64,000 nucleotides of DNA from an uncultured Planctomycetaceae bacterium (GTDB lineage Bacteria > Planctomycetota > Planctomycetia > Pirellulales > Thermoguttaceae): NCBI GenBank assembly GCA_964539525.1, contig CAZIJJ010000017.1, positions 8,701 through 72,700 on the forward strand. The letters are read 5' to 3'. Below, in pieces: positions 35,883 through 44,399 of the stretch (position 1 is the first letter of the stretch; every line of letters starts with the position of its first letter). The translations under genes and the position numbers were made by a program. Under the pieces are notes generated by a model. It saw only the letters and a program-made list of their open reading frames with translations. It searched no databases and was not told where the DNA came from.

Positions 35883-37307
35883 TTAATCTTTATAGATCTC
35901 GGCGTGTTCCGGAATATAAACGACGGCGTTCGGTTCGCGTTCGCGAATTTTCGACGCAAGCGCCTGCGACGCCGACTTTTCGCCGTGCACGACGAAGGTG
36001 GTTTTCGGCGGCGTCGGGAAGGCCGCCCGCCAAGCGAGCAACTCGTTTTGGTCGGCGTGTCCGGAGACGCCGCGAACGACGATGATTTCCGCGCGCACTT
36101 TGCGCGGTTTTCCGTGAATCCGCACCTCCGAGGCGCCGTCGACGATCAGCCGTCCGAGGGTTCCGGCCGCCTGATAACCGAGGAAAACGACGGAGTTTTT
36201 CGCGTCGCCGATGTGATTGGCCAGGTGGTGCTTGATCCGCCCGGCGTTGCACATTCCCGCCGACGCGAGGATCAGCGCCGGGCCCTTCATGTCGTTGAGT
36301 TTGCGCGATTCGTCCGGCGTTCGCAACAACCCGAGATTCGACAAGGTTTGCGCGCCGCGCTTCGAAAGGGCGAGCGTCTCCTCGTCGAAACATTCCGGGT
36401 GCCGAATGAAAATTTCCGTCGCCTCGACCGCCATCGGGCTGTCGAGAAAGACCGGAACGTCGGCCGGGATCCGTCCGGCTTCGCGGAGCGTCGCGATTCT
36501 GTACAAAATTTCCTGCGCCCTTTCGACCGCGAAAACCGGCATAATCGCTTTGCCGCCGCGGGCGACCGTTCGAGAGATCGCGTCCGCCAGCTGGTCGTCG
36601 ACCGTTTCGATCGCCTCCGAAACGCGGTCGCCGTAAGTCGACTCGAGGAAGAGATGCGAAACGGGCGCTTCGTCGACGTAACATTCGGGATCGCGGAGGA
36701 TAGGACGGTTCGCTCGACCGAGGTCTCCGGAGAAAACGAGTCGGCGCGGCCCGTCGGTTTCGAGCGCCGGGCGGGTCAGCTCGATTTCGATGAACGCCGA
36801 GCCGAGAATGTGCCCGGCTTCGCGGAACGTCGCTCGAACGCCGGGGGCGATTTGAGTCGGCTTCGAGTAAGGGATCGGGCGGAAAAGCCGAAGCGTCGCG
36901 TCGACGTCGCCTTGCGTGTAAAGGGCGCGATTCGGTCGGTTAGGATTCGGGCTGCGGTTTTCTTTGGCGTGTCGTTTTTTCTTGAACGCGACGTCTTCTT
37001 CTTGAATGCGCGCCGAATCGAAAAGGATTAGGCGGGTCAATTCGAGCGTCGCCGGCGTGCCGTAGATCGCGCCTTTGAATCCGTCGGCGACAAGTTTCGG
37101 GAGCAGGCCGCAATGGTCGAGGTGCGCGTGCGTCAGGAAAACGGCGTCGAGCGCGCTCGGCGTTTCCGGGAGGCGTTCCCAGTTGCGTCCGAGATGCGCC
37201 CGTTCCTGGACGAGGCCGCAATCGACAAGAAATTGGAAATTGTCGCAAACGACGAGATGTTTCGAGCCAGTAACGGTTCCGGCCGCGCCGCAAAATTGAA
37301 ATTCCAT
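35883..37307 (-). CDS. MBL-fold beta-CASP family RNA-metabolising hydrolase (RNase J/CPSF-like)
   Basis: 474 aa. MEFQFCGAAGTVTGSKHLV, FLVDCG and FLTHAHLDHCGLLP (HxHxDH), with later beta-CASP/C-terminal motifs SGHAD and VHGE. Confidence 0.88.
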   Translation of the reverse strand: MEFQFCGAAGTVTGSKHLVVCDNFQFLVDCGLVQERAHLGRNWERLPETPSALDAVFLTHAHLDHCGLLPKLVADGFKGAIYGTPATLELTRLILFDSARIQEEDVAFKKKRHAKENRSPNPNRPNRALYTQGDVDATLRLFRPIPYSKPTQIAPGVRATFREAGHILGSAFIEIELTRPALETDGPRRLVFSGDLGRANRPILRDPECYVDEAPVSHLFLESTYGDRVSEAIETVDDQLADAISRTVARGGKAIMPVFAVERAQEILYRIATLREAGRIPADVPVFLDSPMAVEATEIFIRHPECFDEETLALSKRGAQTLSNLGLLRTPDESRKLNDMKGPALILASAGMCNAGRIKHHLANHIGDAKNSVVFLGYQAAGTLGRLIVDGASEVRIHGKPRKVRAEIIVVRGVSGHADQNELLAWRAAFPTPPKTTFVVHGEKSASQALASKIREREPNAVVYIPEHAEIYKD

Positions 37308-37399
37308 TCGCGAACTCCTTTCGTTGAACGACTTGCGTCGTTAGGAAATGCGGGCGAACGTCGACGCGGAAAGCGACGGCGCTCGACTTTTCGTTATTA

Positions 37400-37405
37400 A
37401 TTATA
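37400..37405 (-). promoter_or_regulatory. candidate -10 box (minus-strand CCTATAATTAAT) for the beta-CASP gene
   Basis: TATAAT on the minus strand about 95 nt upstream of ATG 37307. Confidence 0.35.
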
Positions 37406-37636
37406 GGGGGGAGGCGGCGAAATTCAACGTTTTTTCGGGAAATTTTTTCGCGTTCGCGAGTTCGCGGGCTGCAACGGCGGGGAAAATAAGGAAATCGAAA
37501 TCGCGCCGCTGGAAAATAAGCGAACGTAATGTTAAAACGTCGCATAAACGAAGCGAAACTTGCGTTGGGATAATATAAGAAAACGAATAAAGCGGGCGAA
37601 AGCGGCGAAACGAAAAACGCCGTCGAGAAATTGGCG

Positions 37637-37665
37637 TTGACGCGCGGCGTTTTTTGGGGTATCAT
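37637..37665 (+). promoter_or_regulatory. sigma70-type promoter TTGACG-N17-TATCAT
   Basis: The hexamers at 37637..37642 and 37660..37665 have exactly 17-nt spacing, about 100 nt upstream of ATG 37767. Confidence 0.55.
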
Positions 37666-37766
37666 CGACCCGGATCGGTGAAAGCGGACTCCGACGAAAG
37701 CGGTTTCGGCGTCGCGGCAAAACGGTAAGATAGAGGAAATAGAAAAAGCGGAGAAAGGCGGCAACG

Positions 37767-38282
37767 ATGAAAAATAAACGAAACGCGGCGCTTTGGGGCG
37801 TCGTCATTCTTCTTTTGGCGATCGTCGTCGGGCGAGATTCCGCGCCGTCGCCGTCCGTCGCCGAAGCGCAAACCGCCGCGACCGGCGCCGAGATCGAAGC
37901 GTTGCGAGCGGCGATCGGAAACTTTTTCGAAAATCTCTCCGATCCGAACCGCGGGCCGAGGAAAGCGTTCGAGGGGCTGACGAAAAACACGACGCTCGGG
38001 GACAACGAAAAATTGACGTCCGGGCTCGTCGACAATCTGAAGCAGGTTTCGTCTAACTTCGGCGCTTACGTCGGTTACGAGCCGGTCGGCGTCAAATCCG
38101 TCGGTTCCGATTTAATCGAATTTCGTTACCTTTACAAGTGCCAAAATCATCCGGTTGTTTGGCGTTTCGTTTATTACCGCCCGCGACCGAATTCGGCCGA
38201 TCCGACGTCGGTCTCCTGGACGCTTCTCGGCGTTCGTTTCGATTCCGATCTCGACGCGGCGTTTCGGGACGCGGCGCTTTGA
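37767..38282 (+). CDS. exported hypothetical protein (possibly NTF2/SnoaL-like fold)
   Basis: 171 aa with an ATG start and signal anchor AALWGVVILLLAIVVG. It has real-gene composition and its own promoter. Confidence 0.7.
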   Translation: MKNKRNAALWGVVILLLAIVVGRDSAPSPSVAEAQTAATGAEIEALRAAIGNFFENLSDPNRGPRKAFEGLTKNTTLGDNEKLTSGLVDNLKQVSSNFGAYVGYEPVGVKSVGSDLIEFRYLYKCQNHPVVWRFVYYRPRPNSADPTSVSWTLLGVRFDSDLDAAFRDAAL

Positions 38283-38414
38283 CGGCGCCCGTTCGTTTTT
38301 CGTCGACGTTCGTCGGACGGAAGTCTTTGTCGTAAAACGCTTTGCGTCGCGGGCGAACCGCGCCGCGAAAGAGCGTTTCGGCGTCGGGGAACGCGTCGGA
38401 TCGTTCGGCCGGGA

Positions 38415-38843
38415 TCAAGCGAAGAGGTCGTCGGCGCCGACGAGCGCAACGTTCGCCGCTTTCAGGACTTCCAGCGCTTTGTCGGCGTCGTTCATCGCCA
38501 AAACGATCGCCGCGACGCCGCGTTTTTTCGACGCGAAACCGTACATGTATTCGACGTTCAGCCCGTCGTTTTCCGCAAAAAGCGCGAGAAGTTTCGCCAA
38601 CGCTCCCGGCTCGTCGGCGACTTGAACGGCGAGCGCGTCCGTTTTTTTGACGGTGAAACGTTCTTTGAGCGCGTTGAAAGCGACGTCCGGATTTTTTGCC
38701 AAAACGCGCAGAACGCCGAATTCGCCCGCTTCGACGAGCGACATGCTTTCGACGTTGACGCCGGCGTCGGCGAGCGCGGCGGACGCCTCCATCAAACGGC
38801 CCGGTTTGTTTTCGAGAAAGACCGAAATTTGTTGCAGTTTCAT
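38415..38843 (-). CDS. tandem ACT-domain (amino-acid-binding) protein
   Basis: 142 aa. Two ACT repeats: ISVFLENKPGRLMEASAALADAGVNVESM and LAVQVADEPGALAKLLALFAENDGLNVEYMY. Confidence 0.88.
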   Translation of the reverse strand: MKLQQISVFLENKPGRLMEASAALADAGVNVESMSLVEAGEFGVLRVLAKNPDVAFNALKERFTVKKTDALAVQVADEPGALAKLLALFAENDGLNVEYMYGFASKKRGVAAIVLAMNDADKALEVLKAANVALVGADDLFA

Positions 38844-38966
38844 GATTTCGCTCCGGATTTTATCGACGGTCGCGAGTCTCCCGGGCGGCTCGTCGACTCG
38901 AAACGAACGGAACGGCGAGCGGCGAAAAGAGCGCGGGCGGGAAAACTCGCGAAAACAGTTGCGTTG

Positions 38967-38982
38967 CGCCCTTATTATACCA
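38967..38982 (-). promoter_or_regulatory. extended -10 promoter element TGGTATAATAAGGGCG for the ACT gene
   Basis: The minus strand reads TGGTATAAT (matches TGnTATAAT) followed by AAGGGCG, about 125 nt upstream of ATG 38843. Confidence 0.45.
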
Positions 38983-39165
38983 AAAAAACGGGCGACGCGA
39001 AAGGCTCCGAAGCGTTCGCGTCGTTTTTTTTATCTTTTTCGCCGGTCGCGGAACGCCGCCGTTTCCGTTTTTGACGGTTTCAAGGTTTCGCGTCGGCGGC
39101 GCAAGTCGGGCGAAACGGCGTTCTTTGATTTTTTTGAAAATTAGCGCCGTTTTCTTTCGTTCGCG

Positions 39166-40971
39166 TCAAAAAGTGAGGCGAGCGGCAAATTCGACGCGGA
39201 ACGTCTCGCCCGGTTCCATCGCGGTAAACGTCGGCGTCGCGCCGGTTACGTCCGCTTTTTGATACTGCGTCCGCCAATAGCTGAACTCGACGCCGGTCAT
39301 GAAGTTCGTCGTCCAGTCGTACAGGCAGTTGACGAAATACAGCTCGTTGCGAACGCGCGACGTCGCGAAACCGTTCGACGCGACGCTCGTGCCGACGAGA
39401 TCGTCCTCGTCCATTTTTTCGGTTCCGTATCCGACGTTCGTCGCGAATTTTTCCGTCCAACCGGAGTGAAGCGCGAGCCAACCGCCGGAAGCGCCGAGCG
39501 CGTCGCGACGGTAAAGGTCGACGCCCTGGTTGATTCCGCCGCAAAAAGAACTCAGGTTCGCGCCGACGAAGTATTCGCCCTGAACGCGGAACTTTTCCGT
39601 CAACGGGAAATCCGCGTCGAAGTTCGCCGACCAGGTTTCGATCGCGACCCGTTCGCTCGTCGAAGCGAAGGTTCCGGCGACCGGCGAAAACTTGTAATAT
39701 TGTTCGCCGATGTGCCCGGAGACGCCGAGCGTAACCGGAAGCCCGTTTCGCGCCTCTTCGAACAGCGAGACGGCGACGCGTCCTTCGATCACCGGCCAAC
39801 CGGACGTCGCCGCGGAAACGCCCGCCGTCGAGACGTAATCGCCGAGGACGTTGTCGCAAACGGCGATCTGCGCGAGCGTTTGGAAGTCCCGGCTGAACGC
39901 GAAACCCTGTTCGAAACGGAGTTGAGCGCGGCGGTATTGAAGGTTTCCGGCGAATCCGGCCGGAAGATAATTCAGCGTCTGCGGCGCGAGCGGCGAAATG
40001 ATCTCCCAATCCTGCCCGGCGAGAAAACGGCGGCTAGCGTCCGCGTCGACAAGCTCGGCGTAAGCGCGGCGGAGCTGGACGCCCCCTTTGTTTTTCGAAC
40101 CGTTGTAAGCGCCTTGGAAGTCGAATTCAAGGCAACCGCGCAAGTCGGCGTTCAACGCGTCGACCCGGGGGCCCTCCATTTTGAAACCGACGCGCGACGA
40201 GCGGGCGTCGAGGGCGAAATCGGACGAATTATCGACGTCCGGCGACTGCGCGTAAAGGATGTATTCGCCCGGAACGGCGCGTTGCGAGTCGGCCGACATG
40301 GAGAGGTTCAGGAAGCCGTAAGGCGTGAGGCGGAAATCGCCTTTTTTCCAAGTTACCGTCGCCATTTCTTCCCGAAGCGCGTCGAGTTCGGCCCGCGTCG
40401 CGAACGTTCCGTTCGAATCGAGCCGACCGTCCAAATCGAGCGGCGGCAGGTTCGCGTTGATCGGCGGCAATTTCGGTTCTTCGACCCGTTCGACGTGTTC
40501 GACCGGCTCGACTTCCGGCGGTTCCGGCGCGTCCCGATCGACGGCGCGATTTCCGAAAAGGCGGTTCGTTCGAGCGCGGCGGAACGGGCGCAAGTTCGAG
40601 AAAAAGCGCGGATTTTCTTCCTCCGACTCCGCGTCCGGGTCGGCGTAAGCGCCTTCGGTCGCCGCCTCGACGTATTCTTCGGCGTCTTCGGAGTCTTCGA
40701 GATCTTCGGCGGCTTCCGTTTCCGATTCCGTTCCCGAGTCCGTTCCCGAGTCCGTTCCCGAGTCCGTTCCCGAGTCTTGGTCGAGCGCGTAAAAAGGCGC
40801 GTTTTCGGACGCGAACGTTTTCGGCGACGCGTCGCTTGGAAGAGAAATGAAAACGGCGACAAAAAACGATAAAACGCCCGCTCCGCGTCCCGCGGCGAGG
40901 CGAAGCGCGTTCCAAAGGAGGCGACGGCGGCGAGACGCGGCGTCGGCGGCGGGGAAAACGACGGTTTTCAT
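39166..40971 (-). CDS. outer-membrane beta-barrel protein (porin-like) with acidic repeat linker and coiled-coil segment
   Basis: 601 aa. N-terminal signal. DSGT x4 plus an acidic stretch. ATRAELDALREEMA. Alternating beta-strand pattern through the C-terminal ~400 aa. Terminal ..FRVEFAARLTF ends in Phe. Confidence 0.7.
   Translation of the reverse strand: MKTVVFPAADAASRRRRLLWNALRLAAGRGAGVLSFFVAVFISLPSDASPKTFASENAPFYALDQDSGTDSGTDSGTDSGTESETEAAEDLEDSEDAEEYVEAATEGAYADPDAESEEENPRFFSNLRPFRRARTNRLFGNRAVDRDAPEPPEVEPVEHVERVEEPKLPPINANLPPLDLDGRLDSNGTFATRAELDALREEMATVTWKKGDFRLTPYGFLNLSMSADSQRAVPGEYILYAQSPDVDNSSDFALDARSSRVGFKMEGPRVDALNADLRGCLEFDFQGAYNGSKNKGGVQLRRAYAELVDADASRRFLAGQDWEIISPLAPQTLNYLPAGFAGNLQYRRAQLRFEQGFAFSRDFQTLAQIAVCDNVLGDYVSTAGVSAATSGWPVIEGRVAVSLFEEARNGLPVTLGVSGHIGEQYYKFSPVAGTFASTSERVAIETWSANFDADFPLTEKFRVQGEYFVGANLSSFCGGINQGVDLYRRDALGASGGWLALHSGWTEKFATNVGYGTEKMDEDDLVGTSVASNGFATSRVRNELYFVNCLYDWTTNFMTGVEFSYWRTQYQKADVTGATPTFTAMEPGETFRVEFAARLTF
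40729..40776 (-). repeat. 4 x 12-bp perfect tandem repeat (CCGTTCCCGAGT; encodes DSGT x4)
   Basis: Four identical consecutive 12-mers, in frame in the porin-like gene. Confidence 0.9.
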
Positions 40972-41281
40972 TGCGGCGATTTTTAAAACGGTTGAATTTT
41001 CAAACGGCGCGCCGAATTGCGGGACTGAGGAGAACGCGTCGAGGGAAAACCGACTCGCAAAACGGCGTTTTTGTCATTAATATATAAAGCGGCGAAGCGT
41101 CGAGGCGGCGATTCGACGGGAACGCGCCGTTAAAATTGGAAAAGTTTAACGGCGCCTGTTACCGCTAATATCGTCGTTTTTACCGTTGCGACGCGAATAT
41201 TTTTCCAGCGACGGAGGAAAATTTTGCGAAAAAGAGGGATTCGGCGCAAAAAAACGCTTGAAATCGTCCGCGACTCGAGCT

Positions 41282-41287
41282 TATAAT
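41282..41287 (+). promoter_or_regulatory. candidate -10 box TATAAT for the nucleoside transporter gene
   Basis: A perfect TATAAT about 300 nt upstream of ATG 41585. Confidence 0.4.
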
Positions 41288-41540
41288 GAACGAATAGGGT
41301 CGGGCGTTCCGCGCGTTTTTTCGCAACGACGCGGGGAGCGTTCCGCCGCTATTTTCGACGCGTTTGACGGCGGCGTTTGTCGTTCGCTCGCTTGGACGGA
41401 CTCGCGAGGGCGGTTCGCGATGCGGTCGCGACGGCGTTCGACGGAACAACCCGGGTTTCCCAAGAACCCCCGGATTCGGCGACGTTTCGCGGCTCTTGCG
41501 ACAAGGCGCGGGCGGGCGGAAGCGCTCGGCCGTCGACGCG

Positions 41541-41558
41541 AAAATTTCCGGAAATTTT
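41541..41558. promoter_or_regulatory. perfect 18-bp palindrome AAAATTTCCGGAAATTTT (candidate operator) next to the transporter SD
   Basis: It is its own exact reverse complement. It ends 15 nt before AGGAGG (41574..41579). Confidence 0.5.
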
Positions 41559-41584
41559 TTCGAAAGATCCTTCAGGAGGTTCCC

Positions 41585-43039
41585 ATGATGATGTACGGGC
41601 GTTTGCAACTCGCCTATTTGATGCAGTTTGCGATTTGGGGGTCGTGGAACATCGCCCTCGGCACGCTTGCCGATACGAGCGGTTTCAAAGCCGGCGCGCT
41701 TTATTCGTTCTTCGCGCTCGGCGCTCTTTTCGCTCCGGTGATCGGCCCGATCGCCGACAGCAAGTTCGCGGCGCAAAAGGTTTTGGCGTTCATGCACGCC
41801 TTGGGCGGCGCGGCCCTTATCGCTTGCGGCGCGGTCTCGAACGCCGCGACGGTCAACATGACGTTGTTCAGCGTTTTGATGTTCGTCGCCGGTCTCGCTT
41901 ACATGCCGTCGATTCCGTTGATTAACGCTGTTGTTTTCAAACACATTCCGAATAAAGACAGAGCTTCGTTGGTCTTTATTTTCGGCACCCTCGGTTGGAT
42001 CCTCATTAACCTCGTCGTCGCGCCGAAGACGTGCTTCTACCTCGGCGGTCTGGTTTCGCTCGTCCTCGCCGCTTACGCGTTGACGCTTCCGAACACCCCG
42101 CCGGCCGGCACGAAGAACAACGACCCGTTCGGTTTGAAAGCTCTCGCGCTCTTCAAACGCAAGGACTTCGCCGCGTTCATGATCTGCGCGTTCATGGTCT
42201 CGATCTTCGGTTCGAACTTCTACTTCCCGATGTTCGGTTCTTATGTTCCGGACGTTTTGGGCGTTCCGGCGGACAGGGTTCCGACCTTTGGCACGCTGAA
42301 CCAGGTTTCGGAACTCGTCTTCATGGCCGCGTTGGCGTTCGCCGTCGGGCGCATCGGTTTGAAAGGCGTTTTGCTTTGCGGTTTGGCCGCTTGGACGCTC
42401 CGTTACGCGCTCTTCTCGACCGGCGTCATGCCGTTGGCCGTCGTCGCGATCTTGCTTCACGGGATCGCTTACGCGTTCCTTTACACGGCGTCGTACATGT
42501 TCGGCGACCGCGTCGCTCCGGCTGAAATGAAGGCGTCCGTCCAATCGTTGATCGCGTTCCTGCTCCTCGGCGTCGGACAATTCATCAGCGGTTTCGCTCT
42601 CGACGTCCTGAAAGACAAGTACCCGCTCGCCGACGCGCAACCGGCCGCCGTTCAACAGGAAAACGCGACCGAAGAAGCCGCTCCGGCCGAAGCCGTCTCC
42701 TTCGCTCTGACGAGCGTCGCGTTCGCGCAAGACGCCTCGATCGACGAAGCCGCTCCGGTTGCCGAAGCCCCGGCCGTTGACGCCGCTCCGATCGCCGAAG
42801 CTCCGGCTGTTGAAGCCGCTCCGGTCGCCGAAGCCCCGGCCGTTGACGCCGCTCCGGCCGACGCCGCGACCGCCGAAGCCCCGGCCAAGAAAACCGACTG
42901 GAAAAAACTTCTGTACATCCCGACCGTTTTCTGCCTCTTCTGGACCGTCGTTTTCGCCGTTTTGGGCAAAGAACCGAAATCCGCCGAAGAAGCCGCCGTT
43001 TCCGAAGCCGTCGCCGACGCCGCTTCCAAATCCGCGTGA
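41585..43039 (+). CDS. MFS nucleoside:H+ symporter family transporter (NupG/XapB-like) with C-terminal Ala/Pro repeat and extra TM helix
   Basis: LQLAYLMQFAIWGSWNIALGTLADTSGFKAGALYSFFALGALFAPVIGPIADSKF aligns with the NupG N-terminus (from memory). About 12 TM helices. Start re-set to ATG 41585 (AGGAGG upstream) from the track start 41186. Confidence 0.85.
   Translation: MMMYGRLQLAYLMQFAIWGSWNIALGTLADTSGFKAGALYSFFALGALFAPVIGPIADSKFAAQKVLAFMHALGGAALIACGAVSNAATVNMTLFSVLMFVAGLAYMPSIPLINAVVFKHIPNKDRASLVFIFGTLGWILINLVVAPKTCFYLGGLVSLVLAAYALTLPNTPPAGTKNNDPFGLKALALFKRKDFAAFMICAFMVSIFGSNFYFPMFGSYVPDVLGVPADRVPTFGTLNQVSELVFMAALAFAVGRIGLKGVLLCGLAAWTLRYALFSTGVMPLAVVAILLHGIAYAFLYTASYMFGDRVAPAEMKASVQSLIAFLLLGVGQFISGFALDVLKDKYPLADAQPAAVQQENATEEAAPAEAVSFALTSVAFAQDASIDEAAPVAEAPAVDAAPIAEAPAVEAAPVAEAPAVDAAPADAATAEAPAKKTDWKKLLYIPTVFCLFWTVVFAVLGKEPKSAEEAAVSEAVADAASKSA
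42749..42847 (+). repeat. 3 x 33-bp in-frame tandem repeat (AAPVAEAPAVD units)
   Basis: Copies at 42749..42781, 42782..42814 and 42815..42847, with a partial fourth copy after them. Confidence 0.85.
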
Positions 43040-43142
43040 TTCCGGGTCGAAGGTTGAAATTTGAGCGAACGGGGCGGCGTCGCGACGTCGTTTCCGTTCC
43101 GATTTTCCGCGTCGTTTGAATTAAGGGCGCGATCGAAATGCG

Positions 43143-43191
43143 AAAACGCAAGATTAGCCGCGGCGTAAGCGGGCGCGTCTTGCGTTTTTTT
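43143..43191 (+). terminator. intrinsic terminator after the transporter gene
   Basis: AAAACGCAAGA / TCTTGCGTTTT forms a 9 to 11 bp stem with a 24-nt loop, running into T7. Confidence 0.7.
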
Positions 43192-43321
43192 GCGCGTTTT
43201 TAAAATGTGAAGCAGAAATCAAACGGCGTCGAAACCGTTCGCGGCGTTTTTCGTCGAATTGGGCGGACGCTGAAAACTCCGCCGCTTGAATCGACGGCGC
43301 GGAGCGGGTAAAATAAGTAAA

Positions 43322-43349
43322 TTGCGCAAAAGGCAAAGCGTTTGCGCAA
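43322..43349. promoter_or_regulatory. two copies of the 8-bp palindrome TTGCGCAA, 20 bp centre to centre (candidate operator)
   Basis: Copies at 43322..43329 and 43342..43349. Together they form a 9-bp inverted repeat TTGCGCAAA-N10-TTTGCGCAA, about 190 nt upstream of the BON gene. Confidence 0.4.
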
Positions 43350-43534
43350 AGGAGTGAATTTGCGAGTCGGCGCGTTTTTTTTGGAGGCGGGCGGCTCGAA
43401 CGGTCGAGAAAGGGGAAGAGTCGCGTTTTATCGACGCGGCGCGTCGCGACGGGCGATTTTGTTCGGCGGCGATCCGGAGGAAACCCGAGAACTCAGACGG
43501 CGGGCGGCGCTGGCGTTCGTCGAGGAGAAGAACG

Positions 43535-44269
43535 ATGAAATTCGAAAAAATTTTCCGCGCGGCGCTCGGCGTCGCGGCGTCGGCGTTTTTGGCGGGCGTC
43601 GCGTCCGTCGGGGCGCAAGAGGAAGTCGACGCGACGGCGAGTTTGGGCGTCGCGCAACAAAGCCGATTCGCCGACGGCGCGACGCCGGTCGCGATGGAAC
43701 GGGCGCAAATTATTCCGGGAACGCCGCTGGCCGTCAACTCGACGATGCAGCGTCTGATTTCGTCGAGCAGCGGATCGTTCGGAGGGATCTTGGCGCGGTA
43801 CGACACGTCGAACTTCGGAAAATTTTTCGGCGGCGGAACGGTCGGAACTCGCGATTTGTCGGCGCTTAGCGATCGGCTCGCCGAATTGGAGGAACTCGCC
43901 GCGGGGGACAACGAGGTCGAAAACGACGTCGAGGTCGCGCGGATGTATCCGCCGCGTTTGGCGATGAATTTCGCCGAATTTCCGAAGCGTTCGTTGGATT
44001 CGTCGCTGGCGCGAACGAATTTGGCGACGCAGATTGAAAACGTCGTCGCGCGGTTTCCGGTCGACAAAAGCGTCGAAAGTTTCGCTTACGAGGCGAAGGG
44101 GAACGTCGTTTATTTGCGCGGCAAATTGAAGTCGACGCGGATGATTCGGACGTTGGAGAACGTCGTTTCGATGCAGCCGGGCGTCGCGAAAGTCGTCAAC
44201 GAGATCAAACCGCTCGAAGCGGAACCGGGCGCCGTCGACGTTTTCGGGCGGCCGTTGAAATCGCGTTGA
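43535..44269 (+). CDS. secreted BON-domain protein
   Basis: 244 aa. Signal peptide ..AASAFLAGVASVGAQE. The C-terminal VESFAYEAKGNVVYLRGKLKSTRMIRTLENVVSMQPGVAKVVNEI fits the BON pattern. Confidence 0.75.
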   Translation: MKFEKIFRAALGVAASAFLAGVASVGAQEEVDATASLGVAQQSRFADGATPVAMERAQIIPGTPLAVNSTMQRLISSSSGSFGGILARYDTSNFGKFFGGGTVGTRDLSALSDRLAELEELAAGDNEVENDVEVARMYPPRLAMNFAEFPKRSLDSSLARTNLATQIENVVARFPVDKSVESFAYEAKGNVVYLRGKLKSTRMIRTLENVVSMQPGVAKVVNEIKPLEAEPGAVDVFGRPLKSR

Positions 44270-44296
44270 CGGAGCGCTTTCCGACGCCGCGAAATG

Positions 44297-44334
44297 AAAA
44301 ACGCTCGCCGAGGAAAGACTCGACGAGCGTTTTT
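44297..44334. terminator. bidirectional intrinsic terminator between the convergent BON and lipoprotein genes
   Basis: AAAAACGCTCG-N16-CGAGCGTTTTT has a stem flanked by an A-run and a T-run. Confidence 0.7.
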
Positions 44335-44399
44335 GTTCGAACGGCGCGGGTTAAGCCGACGTTAAAATCGCTAAAATTGTCGCGACCGTCGGCTGGGCG

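Noticed and set aside
42289-42294. TGGCAC (sigma54 -24-like element)
   Set aside because: It lies inside the transporter coding region. No TTGC sits at the required +10 to +12 spacing, and it is not upstream of any gene.
44310-44317. GAGGAAAG resembling the RNase P RNA P4 signature
   Set aside because: It continues ACTCG rather than TCCGGGC. It is simply the loop of the bidirectional terminator hairpin.
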